Translations under genes and position numbers: made by a program | Notes under the pieces: generated by a model | The model's database searches: none | The model's input: only the letters and a program-made list of their open reading frames with translations | What the model was told of the DNA's origin: nothing | Part shown: piece after piece, positions 17,966 to 26,498 of the stretch | Position numbering within the stretch: position 1 is the first letter of the stretch | Layout of the letters: every line of letters begins with the position of its first letter | DNA from: Opitutales bacterium | GTDB lineage: Bacteria > Verrucomicrobiota > Verrucomicrobiia > Opitutales > PNEW01 | NCBI GenBank assembly: GCA_965219535.1 | Contig: CBDCNV010000001.1 | Location: 1,440,001 to 1,472,000, forward strand | Direction: 5' to 3' | Length of the DNA: 32,000 nucleotides

Positions 17966-19306
17966 ATGAAACAGCGGACGATCCATCGTGAAGCCTCGAT
18001 CAAAGGGAAGGGCTTACATACGGGCGAGGAGGTACAAATGACCTTGAAGCCGGCACCAGAAAATCACGGTGTCGTCTTTCGGCGCGTCGATCTGTATGGA
18101 AAACCGGAGATCAAACCGAATGCTGAAGTGGTTTCAGATATTATGCGGAGCACTTCAATATCGAGTGGTCACGTTACTCTCAATACAGTCGAACATATTC
18201 TCAGCGCGCTCAGTGGGACGGAGGTGGACAACGTGCTTATTGAGATCGATGCGAGTGAACCACCTATTCTCGATGGATCAGCTAAACCTTTTGTGCAATT
18301 AATCCAAAAGGCTGAGCCAATTGAACAGGATACAGAACGCGATTATTTCGAACTCAAAGAACCCGTTTCCGTAATTAGGGGCAATAGTTCTTACATTGCC
18401 CTTCCACACAACGGCCTGAAAATCAGCTGTACCTTAACCGATGACCGGGGCGGATCACATACCCAGCATCTTTCGCTTGATATTAATTCTCAATCTTACA
18501 TCGCCGATATTGCGCCTGCGCGGACCTTTGCGTTTTTTGAAGAGGTAGAAAACCTTCGCCAAATGGGAAAAATTCGAGGGGGAAGTCTGGACAATGCGAT
18601 CCTCATAAAAGGCGATACTATACTTTCCAAGGAACCCTTGCGTTTTAAAGATGAACTCGTCCGGCATAAAATACTGGATATTCTTGGAGACATCACACAT
18701 TTGGGGAAGCCCTTAAGGGCGCACATTATCGCGGTGCGACCCAGCCATGCTCTCAATCATGCCCTGACTCAAGCGATTTATGATATTATGCGGGCGGAAA
18801 GCAATGGTCGGCAAAAAAAGAAAAAACAGACCCCGGCAGTAATTGTAGCACCTGAGGAAACGGTTCTTGATATTCGACGCATCCTCGATTTGCTGCCTCA
18901 TCGATACCCCTTTGTCATGATCGATCGAGTGATCGATATTAAAGGAGATAGCGAACTCGTCGCGATTAAAAATGTCTCAATCAATGAACCCTACTTTCAG
19001 GGACATTACCCCGGCCGCCCTATTATGCCGGCAGTACTGCAGATTGAAGCCATGGCCCAGGCAGCGGGAGTCCTGCTCCTTCGCCAGATATCAGGAGATG
19101 GAAAAGTCGCGCTCTTTATGAGCTGCGATAAGGTAAAACTGCGGCACCCCGTAGTGCCCGGAGACCAACTGGAGATACAAGTGAAATTGGATAAGATAAG
19201 AGGGCGTAAGATTGCCAAGGCAAGTGCATCCTGCAAAGTGGGGAAGAAAAAAGTGTCCTCTTGTGAACTGATGTTTGTGGTAGTTGATGATGCGGATGAG
19301 GCGTAA
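17966..19306 (+). CDS. lpxC/fabZ: Bifunctional UDP-3-O-acyl-GlcNAc deacetylase / 3-hydroxyacyl-ACP dehydratase (LpxC-FabZ fusion)
   Basis: The N-terminal half is LpxC-like ([16 protein letters not shown].., ..HKILDILGD..). A KKKK-rich linker lies near 18800-18840. The C-terminal half is FabZ-like ([14 protein letters not shown].., [23 protein letters not shown]). The track ORF begins at a GTG at 17945, but the ATG at 17966 aligns with canonical LpxC N-termini. Confidence 0.9.
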   Translation: MKQRTIHREASIKGKGLHTGEEVQMTLKPAPENHGVVFRRVDLYGKPEIKPNAEVVSDIMRSTSISSGHVTLNTVEHILSALSGTEVDNVLIEIDASEPPILDGSAKPFVQLIQKAEPIEQDTERDYFELKEPVSVIRGNSSYIALPHNGLKISCTLTDDRGGSHTQHLSLDINSQSYIADIAPARTFAFFEEVENLRQMGKIRGGSLDNAILIKGDTILSKEPLRFKDELVRHKILDILGDITHLGKPLRAHIIAVRPSHALNHALTQAIYDIMRAESNGRQKKKKQTPAVIVAPEETVLDIRRILDLLPHRYPFVMIDRVIDIKGDSELVAIKNVSINEPYFQGHYPGRPIMPAVLQIEAMAQAAGVLLLRQISGDGKVALFMSCDKVKLRHPVVPGDQLEIQVKLDKIRGRKIAKASASCKVGKKKVSSCELMFVVVDDADEA

Positions 19307-19340
19307 TTTAATTTCCCAGTCCTTTCGATATTGATAAGAC

Positions 19341-20117
19341 GTGGCAACTGATATTCATCCCACTGCAATAGTGGAATCCGGAGCTGTTCTGGATGATAAC
19401 GTTACGATCGGCGCTTTTGCCTACATTGGTGCGAAGGTTGAATGTGGGGCGGGTACTATCGTCCGGCATCACGCAACCGTAGAGGGAAAAACTATACTCG
19501 GCCGCGACAATGAGATTTTTTCCTACGCTTCAATCGGGGGGCAATCACAAGACATGAAAGCCAAAGGGGGCACAGCCGGTCTCAAGATTGGAGACAAAAA
19601 CATCTTTAGAGAGTATGTCACGGTTCACTGCCATTCTGAGGATGGTGAATATACGGTCCTTGGCTCTCACAATTACTGCCTCGCATACAGTCATATTGGG
19701 CATGAGTGCATAATCGGTAATCATTTTATCCTCGGTCACAACAGCACCTTGGGTGGTCATATGATAGTGGAAGATTATGTCAATGTGGGCGGATATGTAG
19801 CTTGTGTTCCTAAATGCCATCTCGGGCAGTGCGCTTACATCGGGGGGTATTCGAAGGTGGCACAGGATATTCCCCCCTTCATGATTGCGGATGGAAGGAC
19901 AGCAACTATTAGAGCGGTCAATAAAATCGGTATGGAGCGCCATGGGTTTTCAATGGAGGATATCAACTTGGCAAAGCAAGTTTATAAGATTTTATATCGT
20001 GAGGGGCTCAATCGCAGTCAGGCATTGGAACGCTTGCGCGCACATAAGGAGGCCAATTCACTCATTATCCAGGCGATTATCGTTTTTGCCGGGAGCAGTG
20101 AGCGCGGTTTTGCATGA
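19341..20117 (+). CDS. lpxA: Acyl-ACP--UDP-N-acetylglucosamine O-acyltransferase
   Basis: It has a left-handed beta-helix hexapeptide repeat N-terminus (IHPTAIVESGAVLDDNVTIGAFAYIGAKV..) and an LpxA-type helical C-terminus. It has a GTG start and is 258 aa. Confidence 0.9.
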   Translation: MATDIHPTAIVESGAVLDDNVTIGAFAYIGAKVECGAGTIVRHHATVEGKTILGRDNEIFSYASIGGQSQDMKAKGGTAGLKIGDKNIFREYVTVHCHSEDGEYTVLGSHNYCLAYSHIGHECIIGNHFILGHNSTLGGHMIVEDYVNVGGYVACVPKCHLGQCAYIGGYSKVAQDIPPFMIADGRTATIRAVNKIGMERHGFSMEDINLAKQVYKILYREGLNRSQALERLRAHKEANSLIIQAIIVFAGSSERGFA

Positions 20118-20132
20118 TTTCTTTTACGCGTT

Positions 20133-20477
20133 CTACTCTCGCGATAGCTGCTCATTGTCCCGCAATTGTGCCTTCTTTGCGTCACCGAGCTTTTGGAGGT
20201 ATTCGAAACTAAAGAGTCCGGTATTATGGCCATCGCTGAAATAAAAACGGATAGCATAATTACCGATTAAAATCCAATTGCGAACTTCTACCCCGGGAAA
20301 CTTTTTCGGTCCGTCTCCGCCGTGCAGGTTTCCGAGGATATCGCGTTCGCCCATATTTTCCGCGCTCGGTGAGCAAGCCCGTAATTCCTCCATCTTAAAA
20401 AAATCTTCTCTTCCATTGGGCCACATAATTGCCACCTCATTACCAATGAACTGAATATTCGACGGTGGTTTTATCAC
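20133..20477 (-). CDS. DUF971 family protein (gamma-butyrobetaine hydroxylase-like N-terminal domain)
   Basis: The 114-aa ORF carries LRACSPSAE...G...I..W..IGNYAIRFYFSDGHNTGLFSFEYL, the pattern I associate with DUF971. It has a GTG start. Confidence 0.7.
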   Translation of the reverse strand: MIKPPSNIQFIGNEVAIMWPNGREDFFKMEELRACSPSAENMGERDILGNLHGGDGPKKFPGVEVRNWILIGNYAIRFYFSDGHNTGLFSFEYLQKLGDAKKAQLRDNEQLSRE

Positions 20478-20660
20478 TTAATTTTTATTATGACTAATTT
20501 AAGCAATTCTCTTTCCCATTATCTGTGCGCGGGAGGATAAACAAAAGGTATTTTTATTCATTTTTTATCTTCAGAGCCGTCTCCGATCACCCGTTGGGTG
20601 AAGTCATTTAAGCATTTATGGGGATTTGAAGCGGTGATTCTCAGTTGAATGGCTCGGTCT

Positions 20661-20758
20661 TTAACGTTATAAGTTGCTTAACATTATAGAGATAGATTCA
20701 CAAGATCACTATTGTTAACCAAAAAGATATTTCATTTAACAATTGAAATTATCGTTAA
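20661..20758. promoter_or_regulatory. Cluster of five TTAAC(R)(W)T motifs (candidate operator sites) upstream of the TonB-dependent receptor
   Basis: Direct copies: TTAACGTTAT (20661-70), TTAACATTAT (20678-87), TTAACAATTG (20736-45). Inverted copies: TTAACAATAG (rc of 20709-18), TTAACGATAA (rc of 20749-58). The last pair forms TTAAC-N13-GTTAA, ending 20 nt before the ATG at 20779. Confidence 0.35.
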
Positions 20759-20778
20759 AATAGCCTAATTTCCGGCCC

Positions 20779-22629
20779 ATGAAGAGACTGATCCTGGGAC
20801 TCCTATTTTTGCCAATAAGTTTAAGTGCGCAGAAAAGCGAATCGAGCGCGGATGTCTTTGTAACCTTACCTGATTTTTCAGTCACGGAGACAAGAGTGGC
20901 TAACCCGGAGCCAGCCGGCACTTTTGCGTCTGCGATTACGGAATTGCGATTTGAGCCACTGATTGATGTGCAAACCCGCAACCTCGCGGAAGCGCAGGGA
21001 GATGTAACGATTCGCGGCGGCATTTTTGAAAACACTGGATTCCGGGTAGGGGCAGCCACCTTGTTTGATCCACAAACCGGTCACTACTTTGCAGAGATCC
21101 CGATAGCACCTCAGATGCTTTCTCTACCAACTGTAATTACGGGTATAGAGAATGCGCACGCGGGTTTTAATTCGACCGTAGGATCTATCAATTATGCATG
21201 GAATCCAATACGCAATGGGGGTGAAACCGGGATAGGAATTGGAGACAACAACTTAAATCTACAGCGAATTTATTTTGGAGCGGTAAATGAATATAATGAT
21301 GAGGGTAATACCGTGGGAATTGATCTTTCATTTTCCCGATCGGAGTCCGACGGTACGCGAATGTATGGTGATCACAATTTTAATCGATACGCGGGAAGAA
21401 TTCAGTTGCTGGGTGAGCGGTCGCAAACGGATTTATTTGCCGGCTATCAATCGAAGTTCTTTGGGTGGCCCAACATGTATACCCCTTTCAATGTAAATGA
21501 GACGGAAAATTTACAGACCAATCTATATCTCATTAATCACCGGGAAAATTATGCTGATGACAGTTATATAGAATTCACGGGTTACTATCGACGGCACAAA
21601 GATGATTATGAATTTAATCGTTTTGAGCCGGGTCAATTTAATCCCTTTCAGCATGAAACCAAAGTTTGGTCAGCCGGGATTCAGGGATATCAGGATTTCC
21701 AGAAAATTGCTCTCAATTACAGTGCGCAATTTTTGGCGGATGAGATTAATTCAAGCAATCTGACATTTGGCCCCTTCAGTTCACGCAGTTATTATAAATT
21801 CACGCTTTTGCCCGAATGGCGGCAGGCATTGAATACTGAGACAGATCTTATATTACGCGCCGGTGTGAGTTATGATGACACGAATCGCGATGGATCAAGA
21901 GTATCACCCATGGCATCGGTATCCATTACCCAGAATGATGGAAGGGGCAGCGGACACCATTATTATTTTGAGTATGCCGAGAGTAGTCAGGTCGCGGGTT
22001 ACACGGCAATTGCTTCAAACCCCAACGGCGGTCTTTTTCGTGGCAAACCCGATGCGGCGAGAGAGCGCAGCCGAAATATTGAAGTGGGCGCTGATTTTAT
22101 CCGACCACAATGGCAGGGTCACATCGCCATCTTTTACCGGCTCGACAAAGACTTATTAGACTGGACTTACAGCTTTGAAAGCACCTCCGCGCGCACCGCC
22201 AATAATGTCGATATCGATACATTTGGAACCGAAGCTACTTTTATTACTCATTGGCAGGATCTCAATTTTATTCTGGGGTATACCTTTCTCAATAAAAGTG
22301 AGGATTATGGAATCGCCGATGTTGATGCCAGTTTTTATGCATTGAATTTTCCCCGTCATCGATTGACCGCGGCACTGACTTATCGTTTCTTAGATCAATT
22401 GGAATTTCGTCTCGATAATGAATTTCGTTCCCAGGAGGAAAATCTACTCCGTCGAAGTTCAAACGAGGCTGCGCTTACTTCGCTAAGCCTGGTATGGTAC
22501 CCCCCTTCATTAGAAGGATTTGAATTTAGTTTTACCGTGGATAACATCTATAACAGCAATTTTGAGGAAATTCCCGCTACCCCCGCCGTCCGCCGCCAAA
22601 TATCCGGTTATTTCAGCTTCAGGTGGTAG
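20779..22629 (+). CDS. TonB-dependent outer-membrane receptor (small, BtuB-sized; substrate unknown)
   Basis: It has a signal peptide, then a TonB-box/plug-like N-terminus (DVFVTLPDFSVTETRV.., EAQGDVTIRGG), then a long beta-strand-rich region ending in an aromatic residue (..YFSFRW). Confidence 0.85.
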   Translation: MKRLILGLLFLPISLSAQKSESSADVFVTLPDFSVTETRVANPEPAGTFASAITELRFEPLIDVQTRNLAEAQGDVTIRGGIFENTGFRVGAATLFDPQTGHYFAEIPIAPQMLSLPTVITGIENAHAGFNSTVGSINYAWNPIRNGGETGIGIGDNNLNLQRIYFGAVNEYNDEGNTVGIDLSFSRSESDGTRMYGDHNFNRYAGRIQLLGERSQTDLFAGYQSKFFGWPNMYTPFNVNETENLQTNLYLINHRENYADDSYIEFTGYYRRHKDDYEFNRFEPGQFNPFQHETKVWSAGIQGYQDFQKIALNYSAQFLADEINSSNLTFGPFSSRSYYKFTLLPEWRQALNTETDLILRAGVSYDDTNRDGSRVSPMASVSITQNDGRGSGHHYYFEYAESSQVAGYTAIASNPNGGLFRGKPDAARERSRNIEVGADFIRPQWQGHIAIFYRLDKDLLDWTYSFESTSARTANNVDIDTFGTEATFITHWQDLNFILGYTFLNKSEDYGIADVDASFYALNFPRHRLTAALTYRFLDQLEFRLDNEFRSQEENLLRRSSNEAALTSLSLVWYPPSLEGFEFSFTVDNIYNSNFEEIPATPAVRRQISGYFSFRW

Positions 22630-22802
22630 TCGGGAGGACCGGAAGGCTGGAGGGATGGAAAGCCGGAGGGAGGGAAAGCTGGAGAGCCGGAAGACCGGAA
22701 GGTCAGAAAGCCAGTTGATCGGTGTGTCGGATTGACCTTAGCTTATTGTAATTCTTGGAAATTTCCGCATTACCGCTTATACGCATGTTCGCGTATACAC
22801 AT
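22630..22802. repeat. Composite intergenic repeat, copy D, filling the convergent gap from stop codon to stop codon
   Basis: Positions 22630-22710 hold about 10 purine-rich octamers (ACCGGAAG GCTGGAGG GATGGAAA GCCGGAGG GAGGGAAA GCTGGAGA GCCGGAAG ACCGGAAG). Module W at 22711-22735 is 25/25 identical to 14783-14807. After an 18-nt spacer, 22754-22786 is 32/33 identical to 14825-14857, and it continues as an inverted octamer array up to the stop of 22803..23666. Confidence 0.8.
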
Positions 22803-23666
22803 TCACACGTGTGCGGTTTCTCCCGACTTTCGTTCGGCTATGAAGACGGCGAAAATCATTATTCCACCTCCCAGGAGAAGCCTTGGTATATCGGTGCTTT
22901 CGCCAAAGAAAATAAGTGAGCAGAGAATAGCCAGGGGTATCTTAAGATTATTAAATACCGCGAGGGTCCCGGCGTTACTCAGGGTAGCACCTTTGTTCCA
23001 AAGGAAAAACCCGACCCCGGATGGAAGTAATCCAAGATAGAGGAGGGCACTAATCTCGGTTGCCTCAAGTTGGTCGAGATGGTCCCAACCTCCGGTCAGT
23101 GTTGTCATGATAGTCGTTACGACAACCGCTCCCAGGTAAAGAAGAGCAAAGACTTCATGATCTTTAAATTGGGTAATGCACAATCGGACTTGACGGTATT
23201 CGATCTGGCCGAAGGCGAAGCAGAGATTGGAAAATTGCATCAGTAAAAATCCAATAATAACACCGCTTAAATTAATATCCTGGTAGCGGATTAACGCGGC
23301 GCCAAAGACCGCCATCAGTGCGGCACCGAGAAAATAGACTTGAAACTTTTTTTTATAAAAATCATTGATGATCGTAACATAAATCGGGGTAAAAATTGTA
23401 AATAATGCTATTTGGTAAGCTTCCAGGTACTGAAATGAAAAGAGATAACTGCAGTACATCAGCCCATACTGTACCGCGCCGATAAAAAAAAGTCTTCCCA
23501 TGATCAAGGGTGCCAGACCCTTCCATCGCAGTACGGGTAGGAATAGGATTGAAGCGAGCATCATTCGCGCCCAGGCGACAAAGTTGGGGTCAAGCCCGGT
23601 GAGATAACTTTTGATCAACCCAAATGAAAAAGCCCAGATCAGTGAGACAATGATGAGATATATCAC
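22803..23666 (-). CDS. EamA/DMT-superfamily transporter
   Basis: The 287-aa ORF has about 10 hydrophobic segments in two halves, with an EamA-like N-terminus (IIVSLIWAFSFGLIK). It has a GTG start 9 nt after the upstream gene. Confidence 0.75.
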   Translation of the reverse strand: MIYLIIVSLIWAFSFGLIKSYLTGLDPNFVAWARMMLASILFLPVLRWKGLAPLIMGRLFFIGAVQYGLMYCSYLFSFQYLEAYQIALFTIFTPIYVTIINDFYKKKFQVYFLGAALMAVFGAALIRYQDINLSGVIIGFLLMQFSNLCFAFGQIEYRQVRLCITQFKDHEVFALLYLGAVVVTTIMTTLTGGWDHLDQLEATEISALLYLGLLPSGVGFFLWNKGATLSNAGTLAVFNNLKIPLAILCSLIFFGESTDIPRLLLGGGIMIFAVFIAERKSGETAHV

Positions 23667-23675
23667 GGGGCCTTT

Positions 23676-24623
23676 TTATAGAAATACGCGTTCAATAGTC
23701 CAGTAAGCTCCCGTAACGGCAATGACCAGGGAAGCGGGAAAAATAACGAACTTGCGGTACCAGGTTTTATTTATAAACCAACCGAGAAAGAGGTAAGCGG
23801 ATCCGATGACGGTGAGCTGACCCAATTCAACCCCGACATTAAACGTCACTAGAGCCGTTAAAAAATCTCCGCGCGGGAGGCCAAGTTCAGAAAGGACGCC
23901 CGCAAATCCCATTCCATGGAGAAGGCCAAAAATGAATACGACAACGGGCCTCCAGGGATTGAGACGTTTAGTCATTAAATTTTCAAACGCGACAAAGACG
24001 ATCGATAATGCGATCAGAGGTTCTACAACCGCTGATGAGAGTGATACATAACCGTAAATGGATAATCCTAAAGTGATAGAATGCGCGATGGTAAAAGCTG
24101 TAACCTGCCAGAGCAGATAACTGAATTTAATGCTCAATAGGAAGAGGGCTAAAACAAAAAGAATATGATCCAATCCTTTGGGTAAAATATGTTCAAAACC
24201 GAAATTGAGATAACGGATCGCTACTTTTACTCTACTCGGCTGTAATTGCTGGTCACGTTTTTCTTCATCGGTAAGTTTGATTTCGGATTCACTTTTTTCT
24301 TCACGCGCGTCAGTTATTAGGGGTGCAGGAGAAGGTTCACGTTCGCCAACATCACTTACTTCAGCATCGGGTAGCTGTTCACTCTCAGTAATCTCAGATT
24401 GTTCTATTGCCATCTCATCGAAAATCTCGAGCTTCTCAGTCTGCTCTAAATCAATGACCTCTTCATTTTCAGTTTCCTCAATCACAACGGTTTCCGGCTC
24501 TACGTAAGGTGGAAAATCAAAGAAATCAACAGGGTGCGCCAAAACCATGAGAGGAGGGCAAATCAACCCTAATAATCCCACGGAAATTATGTTCCCCACT
24601 GCTCCCGTGTGGTTAATACTCAT
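23676..24623 (-). CDS. HupE/UreJ-like membrane protein with an acidic N-terminal periplasmic region
   Basis: The C-terminal ~190 aa carry GFEHILPKGLDHILFVLALFLL, TAFTIAHSITLG and LHGMGFAGVL, as in HupE/UreJ_2-type proteins. A ~120-aa Glu-rich low-complexity segment precedes this and follows a signal peptide. The preferred start ATG at 24623 overlaps the upstream stop as ATGA; the track ORF extends to 24659. Confidence 0.65.
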   Translation of the reverse strand: MSINHTGAVGNIISVGLLGLICPPLMVLAHPVDFFDFPPYVEPETVVIEETENEEVIDLEQTEKLEIFDEMAIEQSEITESEQLPDAEVSDVGEREPSPAPLITDAREEKSESEIKLTDEEKRDQQLQPSRVKVAIRYLNFGFEHILPKGLDHILFVLALFLLSIKFSYLLWQVTAFTIAHSITLGLSIYGYVSLSSAVVEPLIALSIVFVAFENLMTKRLNPWRPVVVFIFGLLHGMGFAGVLSELGLPRGDFLTALVTFNVGVELGQLTVIGSAYLFLGWFINKTWYRKFVIFPASLVIAVTGAYWTIERVFL

Positions 24624-25951
24624 TCTCCTAATCCTAAGAGCTTTAAAACAGCACCCCATCTTTCACTGTAACTAACTGGGCTGTCACGCGCTATGAGTTG
24701 TGTGAAGTAAAGCGACAGTAAGATCAGGTTCCATACACAGGCGAGATTGGCCACTAAATAGAGCGATTGAGTAATGAACCAGTTTTTCTCATATTTATTG
24801 AGGAGCAAAGCATAACCGAGCATCGCAAAAAATATCGATGATTCAAAAGCGCGATGGCCAAATGAAGAGCCAAACCACCAGCTATGCCAGGAGGCATTAA
24901 TAAATACGATAGCGATGAACGAGATGATCCAGGATTTTGGAATACTTTTTTTAGTAAAAGTACAAATTATAAAAACGATCAGTCCTACGCATAGCAGGGG
25001 ATGCCAATTAAATAATCCGTGAAAATGAGAGAATAAAATCGGCCCTATTTGGGGGTGAAGGAAATCAAAACTCTCTCCTTCGTAAGTGTAAATTATCCAT
25101 GTTCCGTAAAGTAATTTCCAAGCAAACAATTGCACAAAGACTATCGCCAATGAAGGGATAATAAAAAGCGCAAGCTGTTTCAATTTTTGGCTACCCGTAT
25201 TATCACTGAATACATACTTAATAATGACCAGAGCTGGAAAAATTAAATAGGTAACGGCCGTACTTCTGGTTATAATGAGAAAACCGGAAAAGAAACCTAA
25301 GCCGAACCATGCGCGCCAGTTTTGTGCATGGTCCACAATTTTAAATGTCAGGTAAAAGATCGTGAGGGTTAAAAAAAATACAGTGTTATGGCTCAAGGAT
25401 ACACGAGCGGTCTGGTAATACAGCAGGGGGCTGCTCAACCAGACGAAGAGCATTCCCAGCCACGCCGTGTTTAAGGGGACAAAGCGCGAAATTATTTTTA
25501 CCGTCAGGAAGAGGCTGATGACGGTATAAATCAATTGCCCAATCCAAATATAAATAAAGTATATGGGCTCAAAACCCGTAGAGGGTAAGCCGGCGAGGAG
25601 GCTGATAAGATGGGCGAAAAGAAAAAAGGGTAGGTTGGCGAGAGCCCATCCAACGGGGTATTTATTCGGCAATAAACCCGTGTCTGTTCGCGATCCATTG
25701 AGAACAAATTCCTTCGTCACTGAATCGATAGTAGTGGTCATTTCGAGTTCGTTGAAAAAATCGACATCGCGATCGATGACCGCGGAGCGGAGCCAGAAAT
25801 AATAAAAACTGTCATCGAATCCCTGAAGTATGGGTTCCTGCTTAGGAGAAAACATACCGTAACCCTTATAGCCGATAGCATAGAGTGAACATAAAACCGC
25901 ACACGCCGTAAGGATCCAAATATCAAATGGCCATTTCTTTTTAACTTTCAT
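24620..25951 (-). CDS. Polytopic membrane protein, GT-C glycosyltransferase-like (ArnT/PMT-like topology); function unverified
   Basis: It has about 12 hydrophobic segments. An acidic motif, GFDDSFYYFW, sits in the first extracytoplasmic loop after TM1, as in GT-C enzymes. The track ORF starts at a GTG at 25960, and the ATG at 25951 (MKVKKKWPF..) is more likely. Confidence 0.45.
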   Translation of the reverse strand: MKVKKKWPFDIWILTACAVLCSLYAIGYKGYGMFSPKQEPILQGFDDSFYYFWLRSAVIDRDVDFFNELEMTTTIDSVTKEFVLNGSRTDTGLLPNKYPVGWALANLPFFLFAHLISLLAGLPSTGFEPIYFIYIWIGQLIYTVISLFLTVKIISRFVPLNTAWLGMLFVWLSSPLLYYQTARVSLSHNTVFFLTLTIFYLTFKIVDHAQNWRAWFGLGFFSGFLIITRSTAVTYLIFPALVIIKYVFSDNTGSQKLKQLALFIIPSLAIVFVQLFAWKLLYGTWIIYTYEGESFDFLHPQIGPILFSHFHGLFNWHPLLCVGLIVFIICTFTKKSIPKSWIISFIAIVFINASWHSWWFGSSFGHRAFESSIFFAMLGYALLLNKYEKNWFITQSLYLVANLACVWNLILLSLYFTQLIARDSPVSYSERWGAVLKLLGLGE

Positions 25952-25981
25952 CGCTAGCACATTCTCTTCTATAAAAATTCA

Positions 25982-26422
25982 TTATGCGTCATCCGAATCT
26001 TTGTTATCCACCCAGTTCTGAATCCTTTTTTTAATTTGATCGCGAATAACTCTGATTTGTATTAACTTTTCTTCATCGCCACCTGCAAGTTTAGAAGGAT
26101 CAGGGAAATTCCAGTGAAGTTTCGTCCCCGCGCTTGGGATAGTAGGACATCTCTCGGCGCTTGTCTCATCACATACGGTAATGAGATGCGAAATATTCAA
26201 TTCTTGCGTGATGACCGCGGATACACTCTGCGTTTGGTGATTTGAAATATCAACGCTGACTTCCGCCATGGACTTAACAACGAGGGGATTTAATTCACCC
26301 GGCTCAATCCCCGCGCTGATGGCTTCGTAATGCTCACCATAGAGCGTATTCAGCCATGCTTCTGCCATTTGGCTCCGAGCGCTGTTGTGAATGCATACAA
26401 AGAGTACTTTTAATTTCGGCAC
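25982..26422 (-). CDS. arsC: Arsenate reductase-like low-molecular-weight phosphatase (thioredoxin-coupled ArsC type)
   Basis: The P-loop is VLFVCIHNSARSQMAEAW, with Cys10 and Arg16. A second Cys pair lies in VCDETSAERCP (C84/C92). Overall it is collinear with the Gram-positive ArsC sequences I remember. Confidence 0.75.
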   Translation of the reverse strand: MPKLKVLFVCIHNSARSQMAEAWLNTLYGEHYEAISAGIEPGELNPLVVKSMAEVSVDISNHQTQSVSAVITQELNISHLITVCDETSAERCPTIPSAGTKLHWNFPDPSKLAGGDEEKLIQIRVIRDQIKKRIQNWVDNKDSDDA

Positions 26423-26498
26423 TTTTCCAATAGGGGTAGCAATATGGTAAGGAGATTAGTTAAGATTGATTAACGAACAATGCCAAAATTAATCCTCT

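Noticed and set aside
20478-20778. A cobalamin or TPP riboswitch upstream of the BtuB-sized TonB-dependent receptor.
   Set aside because: I could not find a B12-box-like core or the CUGAGA...ACCUGAUCUGGAUAAUGCCAGCG-type TPP core on either strand. Only a small CACCC-GTT-GGGTG hairpin is present. A covariance-model scan is still worthwhile.
22630-22710. The CCGGAAGG-containing purine array as a possible SRP (4.5S) RNA domain IV.
   Set aside because: The resemblance is limited to a GGAAGG-type string generated by the tandem repeat itself. There is no flanking helix 5/8 structure and no conserved symmetric or asymmetric loops.
22520-23040. Track ORFs 22520..22735 (+) and 22732..23040 (+).
   Set aside because: The first runs from the end of the receptor gene, in a different frame, into the translation of the purine-rich octamer array (..GGMESRREGKLESRKTGRSE..). 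The second is antisense to the EamA transporter gene. Neither is credible.
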